Under the pieces are notes generated by a model that made no database searches, was not told where the DNA came from, and saw nothing but the letters and a program-made list of their open reading frames with translations. A DNA stretch of 64,000 bases. Origin: Zancudomyces culisetae HAW-14-8 (Eukaryota > Fungi > Kickxellomycota). The stretch is taken from positions 496,001-560,000 of the forward strand of contig JBNJNM010000013.1 in NCBI GenBank assembly GCA_052426225.1, given 5' to 3'. A program made the position numbers and the translations under genes. Below are positions 34,186 to 47,056 of the stretch, piece after piece (positions within the stretch are counted from its first letter, which is position 1; the number at the start of each line of letters is the position of its first letter).

Positions 34186-36210
34186 ATGTTTCAAGAGTTG
34201 CTAGATGTGCTACTACTATCTGATACGAATATAATTGCAAAATTCCCAGAACTTGGACGACGAGTTGATTACTTTATTCATGAATGGGATGAAACTACAT
34301 TAAGCATAACACTTTCAGAACTTGGAAAAGCAAGAAGGGCAAAGGAGGAGTTTAGAAAGCGTGAGTACGTATTTAAATACTCAAGGAGAAGAAAAAATGA
34401 GCATAAGTATAGTGTTTCTGAAAGCGAAGCATGGGATGAGCTTAAGATGCTGAAAAGGTCTGAAAACGCGTTATTTCGGCATTGGGCGTTGAAAAGGTTC
34501 AAGTTGGAAAAATATCCACCAGAGTACATAAACTGGAACAAGGATGCAGACCAAACATTTTTGTATGGACCAATTTACAAGGATGTTATTGAGCTCCCTT
34601 GGGGTTTACGTAACGCGAGCGTCTCACCTGATTGCTATCTCAAACCGGCTCTGAAAAAAGAACAATCACCGTTTAATTCCTACCTTAGGGGTACATCTAC
34701 ACACCAACTAAATAACAAAGTGCCTACTTTTAGCAATAAAAAGTGGCAAAGGGAGCGTGCAAAATCTTCAGCTAGCTGTTTAGAGCGAATTTATTATAAA
34801 AATGCGAAGGTTGCATCACAGGATTTCCAAAGAGATACTGATGGTGTCTCTGGGCAAAGTCAAAATTCAAAGCACATAAAATCAACTTCTCGCATCGAAA
34901 GAGGTGTTGAGGGCGAGGCGAGTGGAAATGCCAAAAGTAAGAAAAAGTTAAGATTTAATAACACTGTGGAGCGGTATATGGTTATATTTAGGAATGAAAA
35001 AGAGTTTTTGCCCACGGACTTCGAAGATAATTATGAAAGCGATTGCAATGATAGTACAGATGTAGACGAAAGTAGCTTAGTAAAGCCCACTAAATGGGGT
35101 ACTGAATCGGGTCTAACCAACCGCGGAAGGTATGGAAAAATAAAAAATACAAGAAAGGGGAGGTACATAGTCTCCCAAAGTTCCTGTATGAATATCTATG
35201 ATGAGCATCGTTTTGACGTACGGGATGTAGCCCCTTCTAGCTACTACACAAAGCCAAAAAAATACACAAAATATCATCCAGAGAGCAATAATGGCAGCGC
35301 TTCTCCTAAGAAAAATCGTGCAAAGAAAAAAAAAACCACTTTTGTTATAAAATTAAACTCTACGAGCCTCAAAAAGTCATTAGGTAGTTATGGTGAGCAT
35401 AAAAGTGATGGTGATGATTTGGCGGGACGACGAAGGAGCCGCTATTGGAAATTCCACTCTGGAACAGAGAAAATCATAGAGAGTATTGTCAATGGTGGGC
35501 GGGACCTTTGGGGCCACAATATTATAGAGGATGAAGCTAAGCCCAGAGTCGAAGGCGATCAAAGTTATCTCAGTGGCGTTATATACAATACTTGCCTTTC
35601 TTATGTGAATACTCTTGGAAGTCTTGCATCCAGTCTGTGTGATCATAAAAACCGCGGTTGTGCCTCCGAAAAAGGCATTTCTATTGGTTTAGAGAGGTCA
35701 AACAGCATAGATTCGCTAGCATCTGATTATGAAGAAATATCTAGTATAGCTCTTTCAACTAGTTCTGAATCCAACTACGAGGACTCGGGCTCTGAGAACG
35801 AGCTCTCCACCCCTACTGAAGCCAAAACCGAAATCGAAATCGGAATTGAAAGTGATGAAACATTTTTTTTACCTTATAATTTATCAAACGAAACACTTTG
35901 TAATGAATCTGAGCGATACAAGGTGGTAAATGATGAGGAGAATGCAAGACTAGATGATAGCTCTTGTGCTTTTAACCTGTGCTACTCAACTAGGCACAAT
36001 TATACCATGCACAGTTATCTGGGGTATCCCAGCGATTGTATACCATTTCCCAGTGATCGTAGGGATATAAACCCCGATAAAGACTCTCCTCTGTTCGACT
36101 CGTTTGAGGATGGGGTTTATGCCCAAAACCAGTTGGAAAACAGGATAAACGCCACTGTTTACGCCGTCAAATGGATTTCTACGTTTTTTTCTACGTTTAG
36201 TCCCTTTTAG
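34186..36210 (+). CDS. REG1: Reg1-like PP1 (Glc7) regulatory subunit
   Basis: VDYFIHEWDE...RSENALFRHW...PEYINWNKDADQTFLYGP matches the Reg1/DUF1752 block; also LKPALKK and an RVxF-like KKLRFNNTVERYMVI. Confidence 0.75.
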   Translation: MFQELLDVLLLSDTNIIAKFPELGRRVDYFIHEWDETTLSITLSELGKARRAKEEFRKREYVFKYSRRRKNEHKYSVSESEAWDELKMLKRSENALFRHWALKRFKLEKYPPEYINWNKDADQTFLYGPIYKDVIELPWGLRNASVSPDCYLKPALKKEQSPFNSYLRGTSTHQLNNKVPTFSNKKWQRERAKSSASCLERIYYKNAKVASQDFQRDTDGVSGQSQNSKHIKSTSRIERGVEGEASGNAKSKKKLRFNNTVERYMVIFRNEKEFLPTDFEDNYESDCNDSTDVDESSLVKPTKWGTESGLTNRGRYGKIKNTRKGRYIVSQSSCMNIYDEHRFDVRDVAPSSYYTKPKKYTKYHPESNNGSASPKKNRAKKKKTTFVIKLNSTSLKKSLGSYGEHKSDGDDLAGRRRSRYWKFHSGTEKIIESIVNGGRDLWGHNIIEDEAKPRVEGDQSYLSGVIYNTCLSYVNTLGSLASSLCDHKNRGCASEKGISIGLERSNSIDSLASDYEEISSIALSTSSESNYEDSGSENELSTPTEAKTEIEIGIESDETFFLPYNLSNETLCNESERYKVVNDEENARLDDSSCAFNLCYSTRHNYTMHSYLGYPSDCIPFPSDRRDINPDKDSPLFDSFEDGVYAQNQLENRINATVYAVKWISTFFSTFSPF

Positions 36211-36711
36211 CATAAAAGCTTTTTACTCTATTTTGTTTTTTAATTTAGAGGTTGGAGATTGTGTATTTTTACAAATATATGTTGCATTTGAACCGTTGTA
36301 CGCGAATCAGTCTTACAATCACACTCACCGAAGCATATGAAATTGAGAGATGCTAGATAAGAGGTGTTATAAGGGCAGGGTGGGGGAGAATAGTTTCAGG
36401 AATATGTGCCCTTTAGTTGGTGTTTTACAGTTGACCAGCCAGTCGGTTTGGATGTTTTTTTGTATGGATAATCTGTTAGTCCTCCCTTTTTGAAATACTG
36501 ACATTATTTGGGGGGGGGGGGGGAGAAGCAAGAGGAATCATGCAAGTTAAAAACGCAAGAATTAAATAAAATTGGCTCGAAACAAATTTTTTTTACAAAA
36601 ATGCCTAGATTGATTTAGTTAGGGTTTCTAGTGATTTTACTGTTACCTTTCTGAAAAAAACTACATCGGATTAAAGACAATCAGTAAAAACAAATAAAAA
36701 CGCAGAGAAAG

Positions 36712-37256
36712 ATGGACGCTGAGTATACTGTTGAAGAGGAGGTACTTTACTTTTTTTTTACGGCATCTCTAATCTTTTGATATATGATTTCTGTTTTTTT
36801 TTAAAAAAATGAAACCAACAAATAAACAAGTAGACCACATATGTGATTGCAAACATGGAACGAGAGAGAGCCGAGGATATTTTGGGGTACGGGATGAACG
36901 ACACATACAGTGTGGTGGTAAGTATACAAGAGAGAAATATTTTTTGATTTCTGCTGATTGTTTTATTTATTTTTTGGGAATTCGAATATAACTGTACGCT
37001 AAACATAAACTTGTTTGATGCAAAAAGGTAAACCTAAAAAAAAATACTGTTTTTTTAGGGATTCGAAGATGGTACACCTTTTTTGCAGATAGGTTCAGCC
37101 ATCTTCAAAGGTGAGATGGATATGACATTAGGAACCTCAATGGTATTCGAGTTGGACGAAAATGATGAGGGAAAACTGAGCTCAAATGTTGTTGCAACAA
37201 CTAACAGAGTAATAAATTTCAGACGAGTGAATCTTATCCCAAAAGATAGGAATTAA
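36712..37256 (+). CDS. TFIIIC subunit 6 (GTF3C6/Sfc7 triple-barrel domain), 3 exons
   Basis: Exons 36712-36741, 36834-36917 and 37059-37256 give MDAEYTVEEETTYVIANM...YSVVGFEDGTPFLQIGSAIFKGEMDMTLGTSMVFE...TNRVINFRRVNLIPK. Not in the ORF track. Confidence 0.75.
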
Positions 37257-37538
37257 TTTTTATTTCCTCAACAATCATTACACAGAGCCTAACAAGACAG
37301 AGCTAAATGATCATTTCGGCTACACAATCAACCCCTACCACCAAAGAATATGACTGCCTTTGATCACGTTTTGATTGAAATTATTTGTAATATACACACT
37401 AAAGAAAAGTTATTAACATATCAAGTATACAAGAAAAGATCTTGGAAAGAAAAAAATACATGAAAAACGACTGATTGGCACTGATCGAGAAAGAGCTTCA
37501 TGTTATAATACTCTATCACCGTTCCTCTCTGATATGCT

Positions 37539-38862
37539 CTACTCGGATAAATATATGAGATTTTTCCACTGGTTTATACACTGATATACATCATACTCCC
37601 GCTTATAGAAAAAGTGATCAGCCCCTTCGATAAAAGCGTACCTAAAAGATCTATGTGTTAATACTTGAAGTTTGTTTCCTTTGTATGTGGTAGAGGTATC
37701 AGATATTCTTTCGATACCCTCAAACTTCTCCCACCATGTTTTATAAACTTGGGCAGAAGTATAATCATCGTGGTCCCCAGAAATCATTAGAACGTGGGAA
37801 AGGTTGATGTATTTTCCACTGGCTTTACTGGAGTCGAGTTTTTCACGGAGTATCAGTATTGTCATTTCCAGTTGGTCAGTAAATGCCGAAGAGCGAAAAA
37901 GTGAAAGAGCCCATGAAACTGAAAAAGGGTATCCTATCAACACGAGGCCTATATCTAAACCTAGGAATTTGGTTATATCTATACCTGATGCTATCATGGA
38001 ACCGTAACTATACCCCTATAGCATATATTTGGAATTTCCTTTGAATTTTCTTTCTATATGTTTGCCTAGTCACGATTTGTCTACTCTCATGCTCAATTGA
38101 AATACAAATGTATTTCATCAATGCAAAGCCATATAAATACATGCTTGCTTACCACAATCAAGACTCGTTCATAGTCTATAAGCTGAAGAAATGGCCTATT
38201 ATCCTTCTTATTAGTAGCAGAAGCGGGCCCTTTGCGTATCTTTTCGTTGTATTCACTTATAATTGTGTCTGGGTTTGTAGTGTTTTTATGAATCATAAAT
38301 TTTCTACCAAGTAAATATGTTAGCAAGGTTTCCAAATCTTTTACTTCGGCGGCACCGGTCCATGAGTTTTTTCCTTCAGATTTTCCCGCTCCTCTATGGT
38401 TGATTGTGGCACACAAGGTTGGTATCTTTTAAAAATATGAAGGATAGGATGTCGATATACCACCCAGAGTGTAAAAACATACCTCATATTATACGATAAA
38501 TTCAGACCAGCGCTTTTACTGAAGGCTTTGTGCAAGAATGAGTTTACATTGTTCTGCTTGTTACCACCTATTGTTTATCCTATTACCAAATTAGTACAAC
38601 CGGCACTGCTTGCTTTTCCTAACCGAACTGAAAGTTATGAAATGGCTCAAAAATAAAAAATAAAAAAGCAAACAGAATGCTTACCCAGTGGTGGATATGG
38701 ATGGAGGTATATTATCGCCAGCTTTTGATCGAATTCTACAATATTATGGTATATCTCATCTGCTTCGGGTCTCGTAAAAGTGAGATCTACCTCTATTGCA
38801 GCGCCATCGTGTTCCGACGGGGTAAAAAAACTAAAAGTCCTGGAAGTCAAATTTACTAACAT
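37539..38862 (-). CDS. Alpha/beta hydrolase, intron-containing
   Basis: IYLHPYPPLGG, NHRGAGKSEG, nucleophile elbow GYSYGS, then SGDHDDY and GADHFF (Ser-Asp-His triad). Confidence 0.85.
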
Positions 38863-39823
38863 TATATGTTATATGTGTTATCAACTGGGATGAATTTACA
38901 ACCTTTAGAGAGTATTCCCCTTTTCGAACTTTGCTTTATTTAGGTCCACTGGTTTAATCTATTTGCTATTTAGCTGTGTGTTTTAAAGGTAAAATAACAT
39001 GGGTTTGGGGGAGGAGGAGAAGGGGGGTATGTGGTTGAGCATTAATTTCCTTGCGCTAATTTATTCGCATAAACAAATATAGTGGGGAAACAAACTAAAA
39101 AAATATATGAACATGAAATGAATTGGTGTCTAGCACTCAGCATCCAGAAATTAGCACCATAGTTGAACAAACAAATTATTTTTTGACTTGGTTATTTATA
39201 CCACATATGCACTGAGCACAAACACAGTAATATTGATTGTAAAGATTAGGCAGCCTCTAGTTCCTCAAAAATAACAACAAAAAACTCGAAACTTCAACCC
39301 AGTATGATGTAAAAAGTACAATTGCGCTAATGTTGTAGCATAAATTGTATAATGATTTTTAATGGTACATGTTTCCTTTAAAGTCAGTAACCAAATGGGC
39401 ATCATATCAGCATAGCTGTATGAGACTTTTGAGTGTAAACACGGTTTTATATAAAGTACATTTCAATATCTAGATTTTAAAACTCCTGTTTTACTGAGGT
39501 TAGTACATTATGTTCTTGATGCATTGCAGTAAATGGATTTAGGTAGCGTAACATACTATGAAATATCTCGCTCATCCAGCTTTTCAAATTGCCGAAAAAA
39601 ACAAAAATCGGTTCATTAAAAACAATTGGGCAAGGCTAAGATCATAAAAAAGTTTTTTTTTCTAGTTTCTGTTAATTTCTTGCAAATTGGTTTGATATCC
39701 CTGATTTGGGCCATGCTTGTATTATCAAAATATCTGCTAAAAAAAACAATAAAAATTTTGTTTTTCTCTTCTTGATAAAAGTGTGATTAACATTAATTGC
39801 AAAAATCAATTAAAAATATAAAT

Positions 39824-40646
39824 ATGACAATGAGAGGATTAGTAGGAAACCTAACGAGGGCATTTTCAGGGCTAACAATCAATAGAACTTCTATAGGTGC
39901 ACAAAGTTCATTTCACACCTGTAGTAAATTACGAGGATTGGAAGAATTTTTCGAGGGAAACCAGTCCCTGCCAAAGGATAAAATCCATACAGGTAATATA
40001 AACCTTCAAATAATCAAACATAAACACTTATGATAAAAGTAACAAGATGATGAATATAAAATTCAATTATTTAACCGTGTGAGCTGTGTGAAATATCAGG
40101 ACGAGCTTGGAGAGCTGCTGAATTGAGAACAAAAAGTTGGGAGGATCTGCAAAAACTATGGATCGTCCTGCTGAAAGAATGTAATGTTTTGGCTGGTCAA
40201 AGGGCTCTGGCAAAAAGCTTGAATATATCAGAAGAGTTTTACTCCAACAAAGCAAGAATGATCAAGGTACGGTTTACCTTTTTTCTTCACTACATTTATT
40301 CTTACAAAGCGATGTGTATTTAGTCGGAACTATTCTAATGTTTTTTCTGAATATCTCATAGTGTAAAAAATCCATGTCCAGAATCAAAACAGTTTTGAAC
40401 GAACGGCGCCTAGCATATGAGGCATCGATTAGATTGGGGAAAAAGTATAGATACCTCGAGGCGAAAAAACAGAGAAAGCTAGAAGCAGGAAATGATCCAC
40501 AATCTATTTCTGTAACAGCTGCTGCCAACGATCTTGTCACTAATCAAATGGATAACCAAGCGCCTCCTAAAACTACTCAGGAAAATCTTGTACATGCAGA
40601 AAAGGTGGATATTTCCTCTACCACCACCACTACTACCTCCAATTAG
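39824..40646 (+). CDS. MRPL47: Mitochondrial ribosomal protein uL29m (MRPL47 / yeast MRPL4), 3 exons
   Basis: Presequence-like N-terminus; RGLEEFF; [33 protein letters not shown]; [13 protein letters not shown]. Confidence 0.92.
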
Positions 40647-41047
40647 TCAGCATAGAATATACAATTATTGTTTTTTAATACACATTACTCCGCTTAATAT
40701 ATTACAAACGCGTATTTTTACGTTTCTAGTATTTATGATTGTAGTTTGAAATCTACTAAAATCAAAACATCAAACGATTCGAAATAACACGTGAAATGTT
40801 GTAGGATTGTTTCCTATCATTACCCTCTGATCCTTGGGGTGATTTTATTGTTTAGTTTCATTTATTTCTGGGTTTAATTTTATAGACCAGATATGATCAT
40901 GGTTGCTGACTAATACAAAATAACATTGAGTGCTAACTTGGGCATGAATGTAAAATAATTCCGTCGCAGTATAAAACGAGCTTAAAGTCATATATACCAA
41001 AGTATACTTGTTTTTATCAATATAAATAGGCCAGCTTGAAAGTCAAG

Positions 41048-42109
41048 ATGTTTATCAAAAAGAATTTCGATTTCCTAAAGATAAGTACAAAATCAATAGT
41101 GCAATTTTCAAAACCTCAATTTCAAATTAGAATGAGCTCAACAATGAAAGCCATCAGAATTGAGAAACCAGGAGATGTCAGCGTTATCAAATACTTGGAT
41201 ATCCCCAAGCCCCAAATTGAAAAAAACAAAATGCTTGTTAAAAACAAATTTGCAGGGGTCAATTTCATTGACACGTACTTTAGAACTGGTCTTTATACAG
41301 CAGATATGCCAATGGTACTAGGTCGTGAAGGTTCCGGAATAGTCGAGGAGGTTGGATCTGACGTGACTGGATTTGAAACTGGTAGTAGAGTGGCATATCT
41401 ATCTCCGAATAACGCATATGCTGAATATACCCTGGTTGACCCAGAGAAAGCCATTATTGTTCCGGAGCAAATGGCGCTGGATACTGCATCTGCATCATTA
41501 ATTCAGGGGCTCACCGCTTTGACATTTGTCAAGAGGGCTTACAACGTTAAAAAAGGAGACATAGTTCTTGTTCATGCTGCAGCAGGGGGAACAGGTCAGT
41601 TGCTTGTTCAGCTCTGTAAACACTATGGTGCTACTGTGATAGGCACCACATCTAATGAGGAAAAGGCCAAGTTAGCAACTGATGCAGGAGCAGACCATAT
41701 CATTTATTATACTAGAGAGGATGTCCCCACACGAGTTAAAGAGATCACTAATGGTCAGATGGTAAATGCAGTGTTTGACGGCGTGGGAAAATCAACATTC
41801 CAAGCTTCGTTTGATTCACTCAGACGGTGTGGAACTCTAGTTTCGTTTGGAAACGCATCAGGAAAAGTCCCACCTATCGAAATTAATATTCTGAGTAAAG
41901 GAAACATAGTGCTGCTAAGACCGATGCTCTACGACTATATTTACACAAGGGAAGAGTTTACTGAGGCATGCTCAACACTATTCGATCTGGTTGAAAGTGG
42001 AAGTTTAAAGGTTAACATATGCAAGGAGTTTGACCTTAAAGATGCAGCTGATGCTCACCGCTTTATTGAAGCTGGAAAAACAACAGGAAAGATACTTTTG
42101 AGAGTTTGA
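41048..42109 (+). CDS. ZTA1: NADPH:quinone oxidoreductase, zeta-crystallin family (alternative start at 41132)
   Basis: AGVNFIDTYFRTGLY, LGREGSG, QGLTAL, HAAAGGTG, FDGVGKSTF, SFGNASG, TTGKILL. Confidence 0.93.
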   Translation: MFIKKNFDFLKISTKSIVQFSKPQFQIRMSSTMKAIRIEKPGDVSVIKYLDIPKPQIEKNKMLVKNKFAGVNFIDTYFRTGLYTADMPMVLGREGSGIVEEVGSDVTGFETGSRVAYLSPNNAYAEYTLVDPEKAIIVPEQMALDTASASLIQGLTALTFVKRAYNVKKGDIVLVHAAAGGTGQLLVQLCKHYGATVIGTTSNEEKAKLATDAGADHIIYYTREDVPTRVKEITNGQMVNAVFDGVGKSTFQASFDSLRRCGTLVSFGNASGKVPPIEINILSKGNIVLLRPMLYDYIYTREEFTEACSTLFDLVESGSLKVNICKEFDLKDAADAHRFIEAGKTTGKILLRV

Positions 42110-42462
42110 TCTGCAAGTGTCTCAGCAAAAATGTCGTTTTTTGTGTCTGTTTTTTTACGTCTGCTTTGTATTTCCTTTTACAAAATAAAAAGTTAGGAAT
42201 GGTACACTAAGTGCCATAGTAGTATTGATTGTTTGTTTATGTCAGCAAATAAAGCACACCATTTATGAATACACCTTATATACAACTTTGTCACCCACAC
42301 TAGCTATATGGATCAAAAATATGCTTTATTCAGCTAATATATACAAAATAAAGGTATCTCCTAGCTATATCTCAAGTTATAAAAGATGGTGTATAAAAGA
42401 ATATCAATAACAATATAATAAGAGTAGAATAAACCAAAAAAGCGGCGAGTGCTATTCAAAAA

Positions 42463-45400
42463 CTACCAGCTCAAATCAAACCTTTTCATCACTTTTATCT
42501 GTTGATTGTTATCATGCTGTGCCTTTGTCCGCATATAAAATATCGGACAATCGCTGTTGGAACAAACAACATCTTCGTGCATTATTGACTGGCACCGTTG
42601 ACATTCAGTCCACAATCTAGCGTATCGAGTCTGACAAGCATTGGCAATTTGGAGATTTGCAAAATATATTTCGGGGAGTTTGGGCAAACAGTGAACACAA
42701 ACAGCATTAGACCCGGCTGACTTTTTAGAAGGCGGCAGAGGAACTCTACAACCCAGACAAGTTTCTGACCTTACAGCAAACCTCATTAAAGCACCGGTAT
42801 TTGGAGTGGTCAGATGAATTGAGCGGGTGTGATCACCAGAAAACAAAGAACCAACTTTTTCGGTTAAAATGGGCTCAAAAATTCTGGTAAGAGGTTTTAC
42901 AAGCTGATTTTCAAGGTAGTAGTGTGTATCAATCGGAAGGCCATTGTTCAGCACATAGATTGGATCTTCAGCACGCTCGTAAGCGGCAGCACCTTTGGCC
43001 GCCTTGATTATAACATATGCAACTCGGTCGCCAACCTGGGGAGCGCTACCTGGGTCTCTCTTTCGCATTCGTTCGGCCAGCTCAACGTGGGCTTGTTTTC
43101 CAGCATAATCTGTCTTTGAAAGCTGTTTGGTGATAATAAGCTGAGATAAATCGACTTTATTTTGCAGCAGATTACTAATGGTGCGTTTTGCATAGCTTAC
43201 TGCGCCATCAACATCACGGTTGATAAGTAACAAGTGCAAGCAATTTTCAATCAACACTTGAACCAAAGGACAGTTATCTCGCCTCACTGTCTCCAGACCC
43301 TTTGTGTCAAGTTTATCGTAGTTCTGTGGGTTGGTCCAGTACAGTCCAGCATACCTCTTTTTGTTTATAAGAAGATATGGGAAGTATACCTTTTCAAATT
43401 CAAGTTTTATGGGTGCAATAAACTCTTTGGTAATAAGCTCGGACGCGATTTTCCCCAGCCTCATGGCCTCCTCCAAGGGTACTTTCCCAAATTTTACCAT
43501 GACAGAATCAGTATCACCATATATAACAACCGCGTCATTTTCGTATCCATTTTCCTTTGTGAACGTCTTTTCTACATTATTTTTAGTGGCTTCAATCATA
43601 TCTCTGCCATATGCAGTTACAGATGCGGAAATCTGTAGACAGGGTAGTCTTCCTATAGTTGCCCCAGTAAAGCCATATACCGAGTTTGCTACTATCTTAA
43701 GCGCAAGCTGTCTACCGTTTAGTACTCGAACTTTAAATGGATCTTTCTCATTTGCCATGTCTTTTTTAGCCACTTTACGAGCCAAAAGCAGTTGTTCTAA
43801 CACATAAGGAAGCAGCCCCTTTCGTTTGGGTGATTTTATAAAGCAATCTAGTGTTAGCAAACAATAGTTAGTACACGCCTCCTGTTACATATTATTTCTT
43901 GTCTTTGTTGGTCGGTCAACATCAAGGTAAAAATCCTGGAAATAAATTAAAAAAACGCATTCCACTTACCGTTTGTAGGAGTTACTTCATAATCAACCCC
44001 CTCAACTAACCCTAATCGCTCGATTGCTGCTCTGCTCACCAGTGTGGTATAGCACAGATTGTGTGCTATCATAATTGATGGGTACAGTGACGCAAAATCA
44101 AGCGTTGCTATTGGCACGTCATAATACCCACGCATTGGTTCAATTACTATTGCTCCTTCATACTGTTCTGTTCCACTTCCACGTTCTACGTCCATAGCCG
44201 GTATTACAAAATCCTGCTCCACAGCGGATCTATACAGCTGTGATATAACTCTTATCTGTTGTCCTCTGGTCAGTAAATAGTTGAACGGAACTCCTGTAAC
44301 ACGTGCCATTTCAATATAGTTTACCAACAACATCAGCTTGTCCATCAAACGCTGTGGCAAGTACGCGTCCTTTAAACAGTATACACCAAGCCGCCGTCTC
44401 GTGTCGTCATTCCCGTTTTGTAGGTCTGTAATGATACTATGAGGAACATCTTCCTTTTGCTCTCCAAGAAAATGCGCAGACACCGAATTGAGGGTATATG
44501 AGCGTAGTTTATGGTCCCTGATTATTGCTTGAAGTATATCTAGCTGTGCCCTCCCGTCTACATTTATGTCTTTCCTATCTCGAGTTCCATAAGCCTTGCT
44601 CGAAAAGCGAGCGTCTTTTGCTACACTTTTGGACTCTTTAACGCGCCCCAAAAATCCAGCAGCATTTACTCCTAAGTGTGCCGCTCTATCAAGGATATAT
44701 GGAAAATCAAAGTTTGATGTATTGTACCCAATTACAATATCGGGATCAGAAATCTGCAAAAACTCTGCAAATTTCGTCAACAGCTCCTCCTCTGTTTTAC
44801 ACTGGATTAGCTGACAGCCTGGTATTTGTGAGCATCCTCCCAATGTAAATAGCGCTCTCACAAATGGTTGAGCTTCTCCTTGTCGTGTAAGCATCCCAGC
44901 AATTTGTATCACTGCGTCGTGCTGGGGTTCCGGAAATATACCCTTACGACCTGAGCACTCAATATCGAATGACAATATTCTTAATGGTGCAAACCGCGAC
45001 CATTCTTTAATGGGTTCATGAGGGATGATATCATTCCAATCTATCTCTACTTCTATTTGACAAAGAGACTTTCTTTCCTCCTCGGGTCTGATTCTATACT
45101 TTCCTGCTGGCAGCTCTACCCATCCTGATCCCACTATCTAAATACCAGGTCGTAGCGATTAGATATTTGTATATTTTTTTTTTAGAGATTGCTATACCTC
45201 ACTACACACATTATCCTGTCTTACATTGGATAATACAATAATTTATAAACAGGTGAGGGAAAAAAAGATACCAGCGAAACAAATGCTGGAAAGTTCACTT
45301 ACTTTACAATCAACCAAAAACCTGACTACATACTCCAGGTTGCTTTCAAATGTCTGAGAAACATAGTTTCCTATAGTTGGTATCTCAACTCCTCTTTCGA

Positions 45401-46272
45401 ACAATCTACGTGCTGGTGTGACCAATTTTGGTAGTCTCATAAATATCTTCCAAAATGGAACCTTCTTCCCTCCATTGTACCCGTACAACGACTCCTTATT
45501 CATAGTTTCTATCCGAACAACCGCTTGTGTTTCTTTAGTACTATTCCCATGAAATGCTGCGCCTGCTCCTCCGTTTTCTGGACTCATCTGCTCATTTAAA
45601 GCCTGCCGGACTCTCTCTGTGTTTGCAGAGTTAAACCCATATGGCACTGGCACGTAGAAATAACCCAAAAAGTTATAAACTTCACACATGACCGAGTTTT
45701 CGTTATCTGTTACTCCAAACATTCTTAAAGACATTTTCTGCTTTGTGACATCATAGTGGTCGATGATTTCCATTTGCTGAAATGCTAATAATTATACACA
45801 TGTTATGTACATGCTATAATAACCTGGTATATGCGTGTCTCTTTTTTATATTTTATATTTTCTTATTCTAAATATGGATATAGTAATCTGTACTTACTTA
45901 TGCTGTTTTTAAGGGGATCGAAGGCAGGAATATCTGGCCTTTTCCAGCTTTCTATACCTAAAGTTCGAAGAGGAAGGGGGATTGTAGAGAAATAGATAAT
46001 ATAGAAATAAAACTAATAGCATATCACTGTTACTCTAATACATGTACTTGAGTAAATGTATCGGTTAATATTATAAATCTCTGCCAGAAAACAAAATACC
46101 AACCTGTTTTTCCATCCTCAAATTTGGCCAAATGTTCTTGAAATGTGCTTTCTTGTACCTCAAGACCAACTCCCAACCCACTTCCGCTCTTTGTAATTAC
46201 TTTTCTTCGTTTATGGACCTCCTTAACTGGGGTGTTAGGATACGGCGAGATATTAAATTCCTGGCTGCTCAT
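42463..46272 (-). CDS. POL3: DNA polymerase delta catalytic subunit, 5 exons
   Basis: Exons 46272-46104, 45957-45898, 45784-45303, 45137-43970 and 43847-42463. Motifs: [45 protein letters not shown], CysA/CysB (CLGC..CVHC; [16 protein letters not shown]). Confidence 0.98.
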
Positions 46273-47056
46273 TTTATTTTTTCATTTATTAGTTCAGATT
46301 GTGGCCTGCTTTTGTTATAAAAATACCGCTACTAGGATTGTGTGACTTGTTGTGTAATCAAAAGTAGTCGCTGAATACTTTTCTTTTGCACTTATTATTG
46401 TGTTTCTAAAGTGTTTTGGTAGCTTGCAAAAGTTTGAAATATGTTCACTTTAAATACACTTTCAAAAGTTGTAGTGTGATTCGACAACTATTATTGATTT
46501 TTTTTCATTAAAATGAAGTACCTTTTAAGCTGAAAGCGATTTTGGTTAAATAATTGCACGCATCCATTCGCCCGTTTTGTTTGTTAATTCAAATATGCTA
46601 CTGAAAAATAAATGCTTCTATTGTCCAAAGAATCACTTTACCAAGCAGATTCTACACTCATATTTGTAAAAAATATATTTTGGAGTTTTGTATATGAAAC
46701 ATCGGCGCTAGCTGATAGTACATCATTATTGGAAAGTTAAGGTTTTAACATGGGAAGTATGCCCTTCCCAAAGGTTCTTCACTATATAATTAAAATTTTA
46801 TAGTGTAAACTGCATCGGATTATAAAGATCCTATGCAATACCGCCAATGGCTTCTTTTTCAACTTCTTTAATTTGTTGCTAGCAAGATACTAATGTAAGG
46901 ACAACACAATAAAGTGATTGATTTTTATTTAAACTAAAGTGGAATATGCTGAAATGATGAATATTTAAAATTACCTGTACGTTAGGCAGTGCTAGGTAAT
47001 AACAAAATAAACTGTGTTTAAAATAAAGTATGGCTAGAAAGTATGCTTGATGAGTA

